From the NCBI GenBank assembly GCA_947480335.1, contig CANKCB010000012.1:527-64526 (forward strand): DNA of 64,000 nt, given 5' to 3'. Positions within the stretch are counted from its first letter, which is position 1. Every line of letters starts with the position of its first letter. Both the position numbers and the translations under genes were made by a program. Below the pieces are notes generated by a model. The model was not told the DNA's origin and did no database searches. It was given only the letters and a program-made list of their open reading frames with translations. Below, in pieces: positions 40,256-49,703 of the stretch. Source of the DNA: Gammaproteobacteria bacterium (GTDB lineage: Bacteria > Pseudomonadota > Gammaproteobacteria > Eutrophobiales > Eutrophobiaceae).

Positions 40256-41590
40256 TTACTTTGAGGCGACCGGTGTTTCCAGCTGTACCGGTGCGTCCTT
40301 GTCAGTCCAGACCAGTTCACCATTGATGAACGTCATCGTAACCTTGTTCTTGGAAATGTCCTCATCCGAACCGGACAGATAGTCCTTGTCGAGTACGACG
40401 AAGTCGGCATATTTGCCTTCTTCCAGACTGCCAGTCATCTTGTCCGAGAACATCGAGAAGGCTGACCAGATCGTTACCAGCTTCAAGGCAACAACACGGT
40501 CAACGGCTTCAGCCAGGTTTATGACTTCACCGGTCTTGTCATTCTTGCGGGTAACAACCGCTTGCAAGCCTTCAAAGCCACCGTATTCAACTGCAACGTG
40601 CACACCAGCATCCAGTGCCGATTTGATTGGCGCAATCTGGGTTATATCACCACCCATATAGCGTTTTACGAAACCGGGTTCATCGTTAAATGCGCGATGC
40701 GGATCAACGACGAGCGTGAAATTGTATTTCTTGGCAACTTCATGCATCTTCGGATCATGTCCCAGCAAGGTACCATGTGCAAAGGTATGACGCATCGAAC
40801 GTACACGTTCCAGTGTCAGATCACGATTAACCGCCATGGCCTTTTCAACATACTCACCGGCCGTCAGGATCATGCCAGGACCTACACCGTGCATACCGAC
40901 AAAACGCCAACCTGACTGCAAGGCACCAACCAGCAATGCCTCTGTTGAAGCCGAAGCTACGTCCGGACAGTTTTCCATTCTGGGATCTGACAAGGGCTTG
41001 AAGCCATGCATACAAGGACCATTAACGGTATCGCCATCACCTTCAGAACCGACACCACCGAGCCAGAGCCAGGGATTACCATCTTCCATCTTGGTCCAGA
41101 AATAACCACGGTCAGAGTAGAAGGCACGTACATGCTCATCACCATAAATAGGCTGACGGGCCTGTTCAAAATGCCAGCCGAACCGAACCGGTAACTTACC
41201 GTCTTCCCGCAACAGCAGATACATCGCGGAAACTTCAGTGGCCTTGTCCAGACGTGATTCAAACTGGGTAATACCCTGTGGCCAAAGTGCAGTCTTCACA
41301 TGTTCCTTGAAGGCCTGTCCGAGTTCATAGGGCGATGGTGCGGCACCCATGGCGACTGTCTGGAAATGGCTCCAGGGCGGGGAGGTCGTCATAACCACAC
41401 GTTGTCCGACGTTTTCAACACCCGGGTTACTTGCCTCAAGACCTGAGCGCAAGGTCGGCCAGACTTCCATAATGTGCGTTACGGCTGATTCATTCAGCAA
41501 GCGTGCACGATGCCCAGCCATTACCACGCCGGAAACCAGCAGGGTCATGGCCAGAATTACTATCTTTGTACCAGTTTTGTTGATATTCAT
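40256..41590 (-). CDS. Amidohydrolase-3 (YtcJ-like) C-terminal part with its own signal peptide
   Basis: GITQFES, GMHGVG, RHTFAHG, GSLEEGKYADFVVLD; no N-terminal HxH region. Confidence 0.85.
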   Translation of the reverse strand: MNINKTGTKIVILAMTLLVSGVVMAGHRARLLNESAVTHIMEVWPTLRSGLEASNPGVENVGQRVVMTTSPPWSHFQTVAMGAAPSPYELGQAFKEHVKTALWPQGITQFESRLDKATEVSAMYLLLREDGKLPVRFGWHFEQARQPIYGDEHVRAFYSDRGYFWTKMEDGNPWLWLGGVGSEGDGDTVNGPCMHGFKPLSDPRMENCPDVASASTEALLVGALQSGWRFVGMHGVGPGMILTAGEYVEKAMAVNRDLTLERVRSMRHTFAHGTLLGHDPKMHEVAKKYNFTLVVDPHRAFNDEPGFVKRYMGGDITQIAPIKSALDAGVHVAVEYGGFEGLQAVVTRKNDKTGEVINLAEAVDRVVALKLVTIWSAFSMFSDKMTGSLEEGKYADFVVLDKDYLSGSDEDISKNKVTMTFINGELVWTDKDAPVQLETPVASK

Positions 41591-41655
41591 TTTTACTTAC
41601 TCCTTCAAGCTGCGTTTGGTTTGTAGTGTCGTACTGACAACAAATTCATGCCTGC

Positions 41656-42420
41656 TTATTTTTCAAATTCAAACGTGAATAATTCTTCAATGACGGGGTC
41701 GCCATTCTCAGCCTTGGTCACGTGATACCAGACACCGGGTGCCTTATTGCTGATGTGGATACCACCACCACTCATCAATACGGCCGGGTTGTCCGGAATG
41801 ACTTCACTCAATTCATCGGTACCGATAGGTGCATCACCTTCTTTTGGTGCACTCATCATGAACGATACTGAACCCAGATCCGGAAATTCTTCACCGTTCG
41901 GGAACAGTTCGATACCTATCCAGGCGGAAGGATCAATTTTCTCACGGGCCTGTAATGCGCCGACAGCCTTGGCCACCTTGGCCATGGTTTCTTCAGCATT
42001 TTTGGCCACCACGAGATTGATGTAGTAACCCACCAGTGCTCCCGGCAACTTGAACATATGACGGGCAATATCTTCCATCGCACCCTGTGGGTGATGGTGA
42101 TTGTTGACGATACCCGGAATAACGGTCTTGCCTTTCAGATCCATCACTTTGGTGTTCGGTCCTTTCAGTGCAAGCATGTCCTTGCTCGAACCGATTTTCA
42201 GAATCTTGCCATCACGCACAGCCATCGCTTCAGCAATAGTGCCAGGATTGCTGTTATAGGCAGTATCATCAATGGTGATTATCTTGGCGTTGTGGACGAT
42301 TAAATCAGGATACTTGACCAGAATGTCAGGAAGAGCCTGAGCATTGGCATTGGATGAAACCAGAGTTACAAATGACAAGATTACTGCGAGTGTTGGTGCA
42401 AGAATCAGTTTACGCATCAT
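41656..42420 (-). CDS. Amidohydrolase-3 (YtcJ-like) N-terminal part with signal peptide
   Basis: PDLIVHNAKIIT, AEAMAVRDGKI, DLKGKTVIPGIVNNHHHP; ends shortly after PDNPAV. Confidence 0.85.
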   Translation of the reverse strand: MMRKLILAPTLAVILSFVTLVSSNANAQALPDILVKYPDLIVHNAKIITIDDTAYNSNPGTIAEAMAVRDGKILKIGSSKDMLALKGPNTKVMDLKGKTVIPGIVNNHHHPQGAMEDIARHMFKLPGALVGYYINLVVAKNAEETMAKVAKAVGALQAREKIDPSAWIGIELFPNGEEFPDLGSVSFMMSAPKEGDAPIGTDELSEVIPDNPAVLMSGGGIHISNKAPGVWYHVTKAENGDPVIEELFTFEFEK

Positions 42421-42476
42421 ACTACCCCCTTTACCTCAATGAATTAACACATTAAACCCTGTACCCAGAGTCTGGA

Positions 42477-42505
42477 AAGGCCCGATCCTTCTGGAATCGG
42501 GCCTT
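42477..42505 (-). terminator. Hairpin after the TonB receptor (attenuator or mRNA stabiliser)
   Basis: AAGGCCCGAT...ATCGGGCCTT 10-bp stem with only a short U tail. Confidence 0.55.
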
Positions 42506-42528
42506 CGCAAACCAACTAACAGACTAAA

Positions 42529-45243
42529 TTACTGAAAATTATAGTGGAACTTGATGCCATAGGTAATGAAATCACTGGTATCCCGATTACGGCTTTCAAA
42601 TGCTTCCGGGCTCAGGTCGTTCTCTATGTGATAAGACGGATTCGGGTGGAACAGGTTATGGGCATAGGCTGACCATTTCCAGTTCTCATCGCTATCACCG
42701 AATGAGGCATTCAGGCTCATATCACCATGTTTGTCCATCATGCTTACCTTGCTAAAACCTGTGTTGTCGGTGATATAACCATCCGAGTAGTAGGCATTGG
42801 CATTAAAGCCCAACTGATAGTTGGTCAGGAACGGCATAGTGTAGTCTGCATCCACCACAAACTTCCAGTCAGGCGAGTTCGCACCCTGTTCACCACTACG
42901 GTCAATTACACCGGCAGTGGCAGACGTCAGTACGCAGCCAGTAGCCGATGGGTTGGCTACTTCAACTTCGGTACAGGTGGAGATGAAGTCTACCATCGTG
43001 TTCTTCATGTACACGCCACCACCTCGCAGTGTCAGATTATCCGTCGCTGCATAATCCAGCGAGAATTCAATACCCTTAACTTTCTGTTCACCTGCATTAG
43101 TGAATGAAATAAAGGCGTTAAATTCGAGCGCCTGTGTTGCGCCAATTTGCAGGTCGGTGATTCTGGTCTGGAATAAAGACACGTCGTAACGTAAACGTCC
43201 ATCCATCACCTTGCCTTTCGCACCTAACTCCATATGCTGGGCATATTCCGGGTCAAACTGGAACTCCTCGTATGCCTTATCAAATGCGCAGGTACTATTG
43301 CAAGTTGCGGTCGCTGCAGCAGCAGTCGGTATGGTTGCCAGACTGGCATCTGCACCACCGGCTTTGAACGACTCTACGTACTTACCGTATAAGGTATGAT
43401 CATCGGTTAAGCGATAAGTCACACTGAACTGTGGGTCGATCTCGTCACCTGAGAACACACCTTTAGGTCCAGTAATACCATCCCAGTTATTGGCAACTGG
43501 CGTTCTGATGCCGGTATAGCCAATGGCTGTCGCGCCATTCCATACGCTCTGACCATTCAGGGTACCCGCCGTAAGGGCCTGCGGGTTCGCAGCAACCTGT
43601 GCAGCTGTACATCCGAAAGCAGCTGTAGCTACGCCTGTGCAACCTGAGCCAGATCCATTTGCCGGGGTAGTAATTGCACCCGTGACATTGCTACGGACAA
43701 TCCAGCGGTCAGTTGAACCCCAGATTGCCGTAGTCTTTTTAACACGGCTGAAACGTCCACCGGCGCTGAGTGTCAGCTTGCCATCCATAAATCCGTTGTA
43801 GGATAGATTGGCAAACGCACTCTTCCAGTTGCCATCACCGACCATGTCCTTGAAACGTATGGGTTGCTGGGCATTCGCACGCAAGAACAGTGCCTTGTAA
43901 TTTTCCTCGATTTTCTGGGTGTACAGACCAGCCATCCACTCCCAGTCTCCGCCTGTGGCTGAAGAAGCCCGCAGTTCCTGACTGATTGCATCATAGTTAT
44001 GATCGCGATACTGCGTATTGGACAGTGTCAAACCATAACGATTTTCACGCAGGGTTTCGCGTTCAAACTGATCATAAGATGTCAGTGAGCTCAACGTTAT
44101 GCCGTTGTCCAGTTCATAGCTGAGATCAAGGTAGGTGCTCCACGGGGTCAGTTTCTCATAACCCTCGGTCACATTCGTACCCGCATAGGCCTGCATCAAC
44201 TGATTGCCGACATCGCGAATATCAAACGAAACCAGTTTGTCAGTATCACGGAAGGTACCGGTTGGGGCAAAGAAGGGGCCATCCGAGGATCGACCGATCG
44301 GTGCACCTTTATCGTCACAATCCGGCAATGGAGTGAAATTAATCTTGCTGCTACCTGTACCTGCACCTGTACCTAACGGCGGAGCAAAGTAAACGCTGGT
44401 AAAGTTACCTGGAGTGGTGGTTGCCGTCATACGCTGACAAATTGCCGTACCTTCAGCACCCTTGTTCAGGTCTGCCGTGTCAAACTTGGCTGTGGCCTGG
44501 AATGCTTCAGTCGGTTTCCACTGGGCAATAATACGACCAGCCTTGTTTTCGTAGTTGGGGAATTTATCTCCTGAAACCACATCCTGCAGATAACCGTCTG
44601 CGCTGTCGTATTTAGCCGCGACGCGAATACCAAATGTGTCAGTAACAGGTCCACCGGCAGCCGCTTCAACTACCTTGGTACCAAAGTTGGCGACTGAAGC
44701 GTCTACATAGCCTTCCCATTCAGGGGTTGGCTTGCGGCTGGTGATGTTAAACGCACCGGCAATCGCATTCTGGCCGAAGTAAACCGGCTGCGGTCCTTTC
44801 AGGATTTCAACCTGTTGTACGTCCAGGAATGAAAGTTTAATCATCGAGGTACGGGCATAATGCACGCCGTCGAGGAAGATCGGGGTTGACTGTTCAACGG
44901 TAAACGCGTCGGTGGTCGCTGCACCCAGACCACGTACAGACATACTGGGTCGTAAGTGTTCAGGCTCAACGATAACTGTCGGAGTAAACTGTGCCATTTC
45001 ATCCAGTGCGCGGTATCCCTGCTGTTGCAGGAAATCACCGTTAATTGCTTCAAGAGAAATCGGTACGTCCTGCATGGACTGTACCCTGCGCTGCGCAGTT
45101 ACAACGATTTCTTCCAGAGCAGCCTGAGCCATAACCGGACTGGTACTGACTGCGGACATGGTCATCACGCCTGCAATGGCTGAAACGATGGCTGTGTATA
45201 CCGAAGACTTGCGGTATCGATTTAGTTGAACTGTCTTATGCAC
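42529..45243 (-). CDS. TonB-dependent receptor
   Basis: LEEIVVTAQRR..SMQDVPIS, VEILKGPQ..FGQNAIAG, FDPE; ends FHYNFQ. Confidence 0.95.
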   Translation of the reverse strand: MHKTVQLNRYRKSSVYTAIVSAIAGVMTMSAVSTSPVMAQAALEEIVVTAQRRVQSMQDVPISLEAINGDFLQQQGYRALDEMAQFTPTVIVEPEHLRPSMSVRGLGAATTDAFTVEQSTPIFLDGVHYARTSMIKLSFLDVQQVEILKGPQPVYFGQNAIAGAFNITSRKPTPEWEGYVDASVANFGTKVVEAAAGGPVTDTFGIRVAAKYDSADGYLQDVVSGDKFPNYENKAGRIIAQWKPTEAFQATAKFDTADLNKGAEGTAICQRMTATTTPGNFTSVYFAPPLGTGAGTGSSKINFTPLPDCDDKGAPIGRSSDGPFFAPTGTFRDTDKLVSFDIRDVGNQLMQAYAGTNVTEGYEKLTPWSTYLDLSYELDNGITLSSLTSYDQFERETLRENRYGLTLSNTQYRDHNYDAISQELRASSATGGDWEWMAGLYTQKIEENYKALFLRANAQQPIRFKDMVGDGNWKSAFANLSYNGFMDGKLTLSAGGRFSRVKKTTAIWGSTDRWIVRSNVTGAITTPANGSGSGCTGVATAAFGCTAAQVAANPQALTAGTLNGQSVWNGATAIGYTGIRTPVANNWDGITGPKGVFSGDEIDPQFSVTYRLTDDHTLYGKYVESFKAGGADASLATIPTAAAATATCNSTCAFDKAYEEFQFDPEYAQHMELGAKGKVMDGRLRYDVSLFQTRITDLQIGATQALEFNAFISFTNAGEQKVKGIEFSLDYAATDNLTLRGGGVYMKNTMVDFISTCTEVEVANPSATGCVLTSATAGVIDRSGEQGANSPDWKFVVDADYTMPFLTNYQLGFNANAYYSDGYITDNTGFSKVSMMDKHGDMSLNASFGDSDENWKWSAYAHNLFHPNPSYHIENDLSPEAFESRNRDTSDFITYGIKFHYNFQ

Positions 45244-45600
45244 AATAGCACCCCCAAAAAATGTAGAGAGAATTTTAAAAAATATGTCTGCTGATCATTC
45301 CATCTGGCCGACGTAAAACCTGTTTCATCTGCCTGACATCTCATTCACGATAACGAGTCATAAACGTCGGGCAGACGAATGAGTGTGCGCAGATTACAAC
45401 TATATTGTGCAGATAACAACAGCAGCTTTATTGTGCGTCACAGCAATTAATCAGTGGATTTTAATGCAGTGATAACGATTTTAATCACGGAACAATTCAG
45501 TTTTATTTACCCGTAATACTGTCTGGTGTGACATGTATACAACAGTAAACAGCGTGGACATTTAGCGATCTATGCAATTGTGCAAAAATTAGGGATATTC

Positions 45601-46092
45601 TTAAGCCCCGAACAAGATGCCTGTGTAAAGCTTGTGACCAAGCAATACCACAAATAACAGATACAGGACGGCGGATAAACAAAAAGTGATCGTCGCCGTT
45701 TTCTTGAGTGAGTTTCCACCTGTACGTATAAATGCAAACAGAAATACCGGGGCTGTAACTTCAAATCCCACCAGATAAATACCCAGAACAATGGCGCCCA
45801 GCCAGGATATACCAATAATTTCCTTATGAAGTAGCGCCTTCTTTTCCAGACTGGATGTGGAGACTTCGGCAGGCTGCAGCGTCGTCAGGGAATGTCTGTA
45901 ACGTTGTATCTGCAGTATTAATTCAGCGCTGGTTAACCCCACAAAGATCCAGCCTATCAGCCGGGGAAACAAGCCACTGCCACCTTCAAAGTCAAATGCC
46001 ATAACCAGCACAGTAACTGCTATGGCCAGCATTAATGCCGCAACGAACAAAAGTACCAGTTGGCTGGCTGTCGGGGTATCAGAATGACTCAT
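45601..46092 (-). CDS. tctB: Tripartite tricarboxylate transporter small subunit
   Basis: Four TM segments, FP motif, YLVGF, LYLLFVVLL; follows tctA. Confidence 0.82.
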   Translation of the reverse strand: MSHSDTPTASQLVLLFVAALMLAIAVTVLVMAFDFEGGSGLFPRLIGWIFVGLTSAELILQIQRYRHSLTTLQPAEVSTSSLEKKALLHKEIIGISWLGAIVLGIYLVGFEVTAPVFLFAFIRTGGNSLKKTATITFCLSAVLYLLFVVLLGHKLYTGILFGA

Positions 46093-47588
46093 ACACTGAC
46101 CCTCTTACGTGCACGGATTATCTGGAAAAAACGCAAGGACAAAGCGGCCATACAGATTAAAAAGATTATCAGTGTGGTCTTGTCACGGAAAAATCCCATT
46201 CCGTCTCCCCCAAACATCAACATCGATTGTGTGTAGTTTTTCTCCATTAACTCAGCCAGTACAAGTGCGATGACCACCGTAATACGGGGATAATCAAACT
46301 TTCGCATCAAGTAACCCAATATTCCAAAAATAGCCGTGACAAAAGTATCGCCCACGGAATTTCGAATTGTAAAAGCGGCTACGAATGCAATAACCATAAT
46401 TGAGGGTACGAGCACTGTTATATTAATCTTGGCCACCTTGATGATATATCGTGTCGACATCAATACGATGACGTTGCTCAGAACGGTGGCTATCAGAATC
46501 GCAATGATCAGGGTAAAAATTGTCCATTCACGCTCTATCAACAGCATCGGCCCCGGATTCAAACCATGCAGGATCAGCACGCCCAGAAAGATTGCCATTT
46601 CAGCGCCGCCTGGCATACCAAACGCCAGAGTTGGTATAAGAGATCCACCATCCTTGGCATTATTGGATGCCTCCGGTGCAATCACGCCGCGTATATCACC
46701 CTTGCCAAAATTTTCATTGTTTTTACAGGTGGTGGCTGCAAAGGTATAAGCCATAAATGAACCCACCGTGCCGCCGACGCCCGGAATTGCACCCATTACC
46801 GTTCCAATCGCAGAACTGTACATAACCAGTTTCCATTCCTTGAACGATTCAACAACACCATCCCAGATTCCGGTGATATTTTCATCGATCCCATCTTTAG
46901 CTTTTGCTGCCGATTCATTCGTTACGTACAGAGTCAGCATTTCAGAGATAGCAAATAATCCTATCAAGGCAGGAACCAGAGACATGCCATCCCACAGATA
47001 ATCAATGCCAAAGGTATAGCGCTCTGAACCTCCGATATCATCGTATCCGATAAAACCTAAAAACAGGCCGGCACATCCCGCTATCAGACCACGCAGCATA
47101 TCTCCACCCGCCGCAGTCAATGCGGTGAGACCCAGTACAGCCATCATGAAAAAGGCAGGTGGACCAAACCATAATACGATGGCCTTTGCCACCGGTAGAA
47201 TTGCTACAAGAACCGCCAGACCGAAAACACCTCCAATTGTTGATGCGCCAGCTGCCGCACCGATCGCAAGTCCAGCCTTGCCTTGTTGTGCCATCGGATA
47301 ACCATCAAAGCAGGTCGCCGCATTTGGAGCTGTACCTGGTGTGTTCAGCAATATCGATGTAACCGCACCACCGGCCGAGACCGCGCCCATGACTCCACCC
47401 ATCAGGATGATTGCCTGCTCGGGCTCCATACCAAACGTGAGCGGTAATAACAATGCAATCGCCGCTGCACCACCCAGACCCGGAACAATGCTAAACATGA
47501 TGCCTACCATCACGCCGATCATCAGATAAAAAATATTGTAGCCATCCCCTATCAAATAGAGGACGGCTGTAATCATTGAATCAAACAT
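46089..47588 (-). CDS. tctA: Tripartite tricarboxylate transporter large subunit
   Basis: SILLNTPG, DGYPMAQQG, APEASNNA, IPTLAFGMPG, PGP. Confidence 0.95.
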   Translation of the reverse strand: MFDSMITAVLYLIGDGYNIFYLMIGVMVGIMFSIVPGLGGAAAIALLLPLTFGMEPEQAIILMGGVMGAVSAGGAVTSILLNTPGTAPNAATCFDGYPMAQQGKAGLAIGAAAGASTIGGVFGLAVLVAILPVAKAIVLWFGPPAFFMMAVLGLTALTAAGGDMLRGLIAGCAGLFLGFIGYDDIGGSERYTFGIDYLWDGMSLVPALIGLFAISEMLTLYVTNESAAKAKDGIDENITGIWDGVVESFKEWKLVMYSSAIGTVMGAIPGVGGTVGSFMAYTFAATTCKNNENFGKGDIRGVIAPEASNNAKDGGSLIPTLAFGMPGGAEMAIFLGVLILHGLNPGPMLLIEREWTIFTLIIAILIATVLSNVIVLMSTRYIIKVAKINITVLVPSIMVIAFVAAFTIRNSVGDTFVTAIFGILGYLMRKFDYPRITVVIALVLAELMEKNYTQSMLMFGGDGMGFFRDKTTLIIFLICMAALSLRFFQIIRARKRVSV

Positions 47589-47617
47589 TGAAATTAAAGC
47601 TCGCGGTATGCTTGTTG

Positions 47618-48595
47618 TTATTGATTAGGATTATTGAGATTGGCCTTGAATTTCTCGTAATAGGTGAAATTATCATTGATCGCTTTAGCGGCATCTTCAC
47701 CATTAAGTGGAGCAACATCCATCGCAGCTCCAGTAGCGGCAGCAATAAATTCGGGATCAGCCATCGTCTTTGAAAAAGCATCCCTTAACTGGGCCAACAA
47801 GGCAGGCGCCATGTCTGGCGGTCCAGCAATTGAACGTTGAACGTTTAGTGGTGCCAGATCCGGATAACCAAGTTCGGCAAACGTTGCCACTTCCGGCAAA
47901 TGACTGCTGCGATTATTTCCAGTTACAGCCAACGGTCGCAGGCTGCCTGACTGGATATACTGCGTTGCGGTAGAGATTGGCGACATGGTGACATTGCCAT
48001 CTCCACGCACCAGAGCGACTAACTGATCTGTCGTACCCGCATAGCCGGTAAGAAATGTCGGATTTTTGCTCATTAAGCCCATTTGCTCGGCCATAATCTG
48101 GATGGCGGCCAGAACAGTCGTTCCATAACCGATCGAAACAAAGGTAATCTTTTCCTGGGCTTTCAGATCATCCAGCGTATTAATAGCGGATGCCGACTGA
48201 ACCAGCAGTACATAATCCTGTGATTCAACCCGACCTAACCAGCTTAATTTACGCAAATCATAATCAACTTTTTCACCTGTTATGCTCGGTAATACCAGTC
48301 CAGGAAGATTGAAAATTCCAAGTGTATATCCATCCGGTTTGGCGCGGTAAACAGTGGATGTGCCACGACGACCTCCGGTACCCGGAATATTCTCCGGCAA
48401 GACTGAAATACCTCCACCCAGATGTTTTTCAAAGAAATGGGCAAATACACGTACTGTCGTATCAAATCCTCCACCCGCTCCGTAAGGAATAACTATCGAG
48501 ATATTTTCCTGCGGAAACGTTTCTTCTGTCTTTTGTCCACATCCTGACAAAAGCACGGTTAATAACGTGAACAGCAACGTCATTATCTTTTTCAT
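47618..48595 (-). CDS. tctC: Tripartite tricarboxylate transporter binding protein (Bug/TctC), lipoprotein
   Basis: LLSGC lipobox; IPYGAGGGFD, ENIPG.GG, AKPDGYTL, LPEVATFAELGY. Confidence 0.92.
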   Translation of the reverse strand: MKKIMTLLFTLLTVLLSGCGQKTEETFPQENISIVIPYGAGGGFDTTVRVFAHFFEKHLGGGISVLPENIPGTGGRRGTSTVYRAKPDGYTLGIFNLPGLVLPSITGEKVDYDLRKLSWLGRVESQDYVLLVQSASAINTLDDLKAQEKITFVSIGYGTTVLAAIQIMAEQMGLMSKNPTFLTGYAGTTDQLVALVRGDGNVTMSPISTATQYIQSGSLRPLAVTGNNRSSHLPEVATFAELGYPDLAPLNVQRSIAGPPDMAPALLAQLRDAFSKTMADPEFIAAATGAAMDVAPLNGEDAAKAINDNFTYYEKFKANLNNPNQ

Positions 48596-48725
48596 TTGTT
48601 CACTCCCTTCATCAACGTCATACGGCGTAAGGTTACGATAGATTACTGATTAAATGCAAACGTATTTCAGCAGGAGAATATTGATAAAAAAACTGACAAA
48701 TACTGAACAATCGTTTTCAGCTTTT

Positions 48726-49661
48726 TTAATGCAACCCTTCGTGTGCATGGACACGCGCGATTGTAGCAAAATCACGTACCGGTTTTGCAGCCGGATCAAA
48801 CGCGGGTAACGCATCCCCAGCGACAGCGACACGTTCCATATGGCGCGGATGGGGATAATAGTCATTCACGGCATAATGCTGACACAGGCGATTATCCCAG
48901 ACCACCAGAGTGCCGGGTTGCCAGCTCAGACGATACTGATACTCGGGAATACTGGCCTGTTGATAGAGTATTTCAAGTAAATTGCGACTTTCCAAATCTG
49001 ACATGCCTTCCAGCCTCAATGTAAACTGGCGGTTCACAAACAATACCCGCTGCCGGGTTTCTGGATGGGTGATCACCACCGGATGGGATGGGTTAGGAAA
49101 CATTTCTTCCATCTGCAACAGTTGCGCACGTTTGGCCTCGTCCCCTTTATAAAGCACCCGGAAATTCTTGAAATCATGTAGCGCAGTCAAGCCAGTTATA
49201 AACTCACGCAACTTTGGACTCAGGCCTTCGTAGGCAGCACACATGTCTGCCCACATGGTATCGCCGCCATATTCGGGAATCTGCATGCAACGCAAAATCG
49301 TGAATTTGGTCGGGAATTGACGGAAGGTCAGATCTGCATGCCACACATCGGTTGATAATACGGGATGATCCTTGTCATTCTTGATAATTTGAAGCTCAGG
49401 CAGATCTTCACGCTGAGGCCTGAACGGGTTCTGTTCCAGTGGGCCAAATCGACGAGCAAACTCAACCTGTTGTTCTGTAGTGATATGCTGGTTACGGAAG
49501 AAAATCACCTTGTGTTCAAGCAGGGCGCTGTAGATACGCGAAAATGCGCTGTCAGCGAGTGGGCGGGACAGATCAATTCCACGAACTTCTGCACCGATTA
49601 ACCGGTGACAGCGGACGACTTCCGGTTCGCCGTTGATCTTGCCAGTCATTTCTGCACTCAT
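48726..49661 (-). CDS. TauD/TfdA-family Fe(II)/2-oxoglutarate dioxygenase
   Basis: IGAEVRGIDL, WHADLTF, GGDTMWA, HPVV..HPET, WDNR..QHYA. Confidence 0.93.
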   Translation of the reverse strand: MSAEMTGKINGEPEVVRCHRLIGAEVRGIDLSRPLADSAFSRIYSALLEHKVIFFRNQHITTEQQVEFARRFGPLEQNPFRPQREDLPELQIIKNDKDHPVLSTDVWHADLTFRQFPTKFTILRCMQIPEYGGDTMWADMCAAYEGLSPKLREFITGLTALHDFKNFRVLYKGDEAKRAQLLQMEEMFPNPSHPVVITHPETRQRVLFVNRQFTLRLEGMSDLESRNLLEILYQQASIPEYQYRLSWQPGTLVVWDNRLCQHYAVNDYYPHPRHMERVAVAGDALPAFDPAAKPVRDFATIARVHAHEGLH

Positions 49662-49703
49662 TCAGTTCATTATCCGGATAATCACGCCTTGACGACCATA
49701 GTG

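Noticed and set aside
41591-41655. Frameshift or stop read-through pseudogene explanation for the split amidohydrolase
   Set aside because: The first half ends in TAA, and the second has its own RBS and signal peptide.
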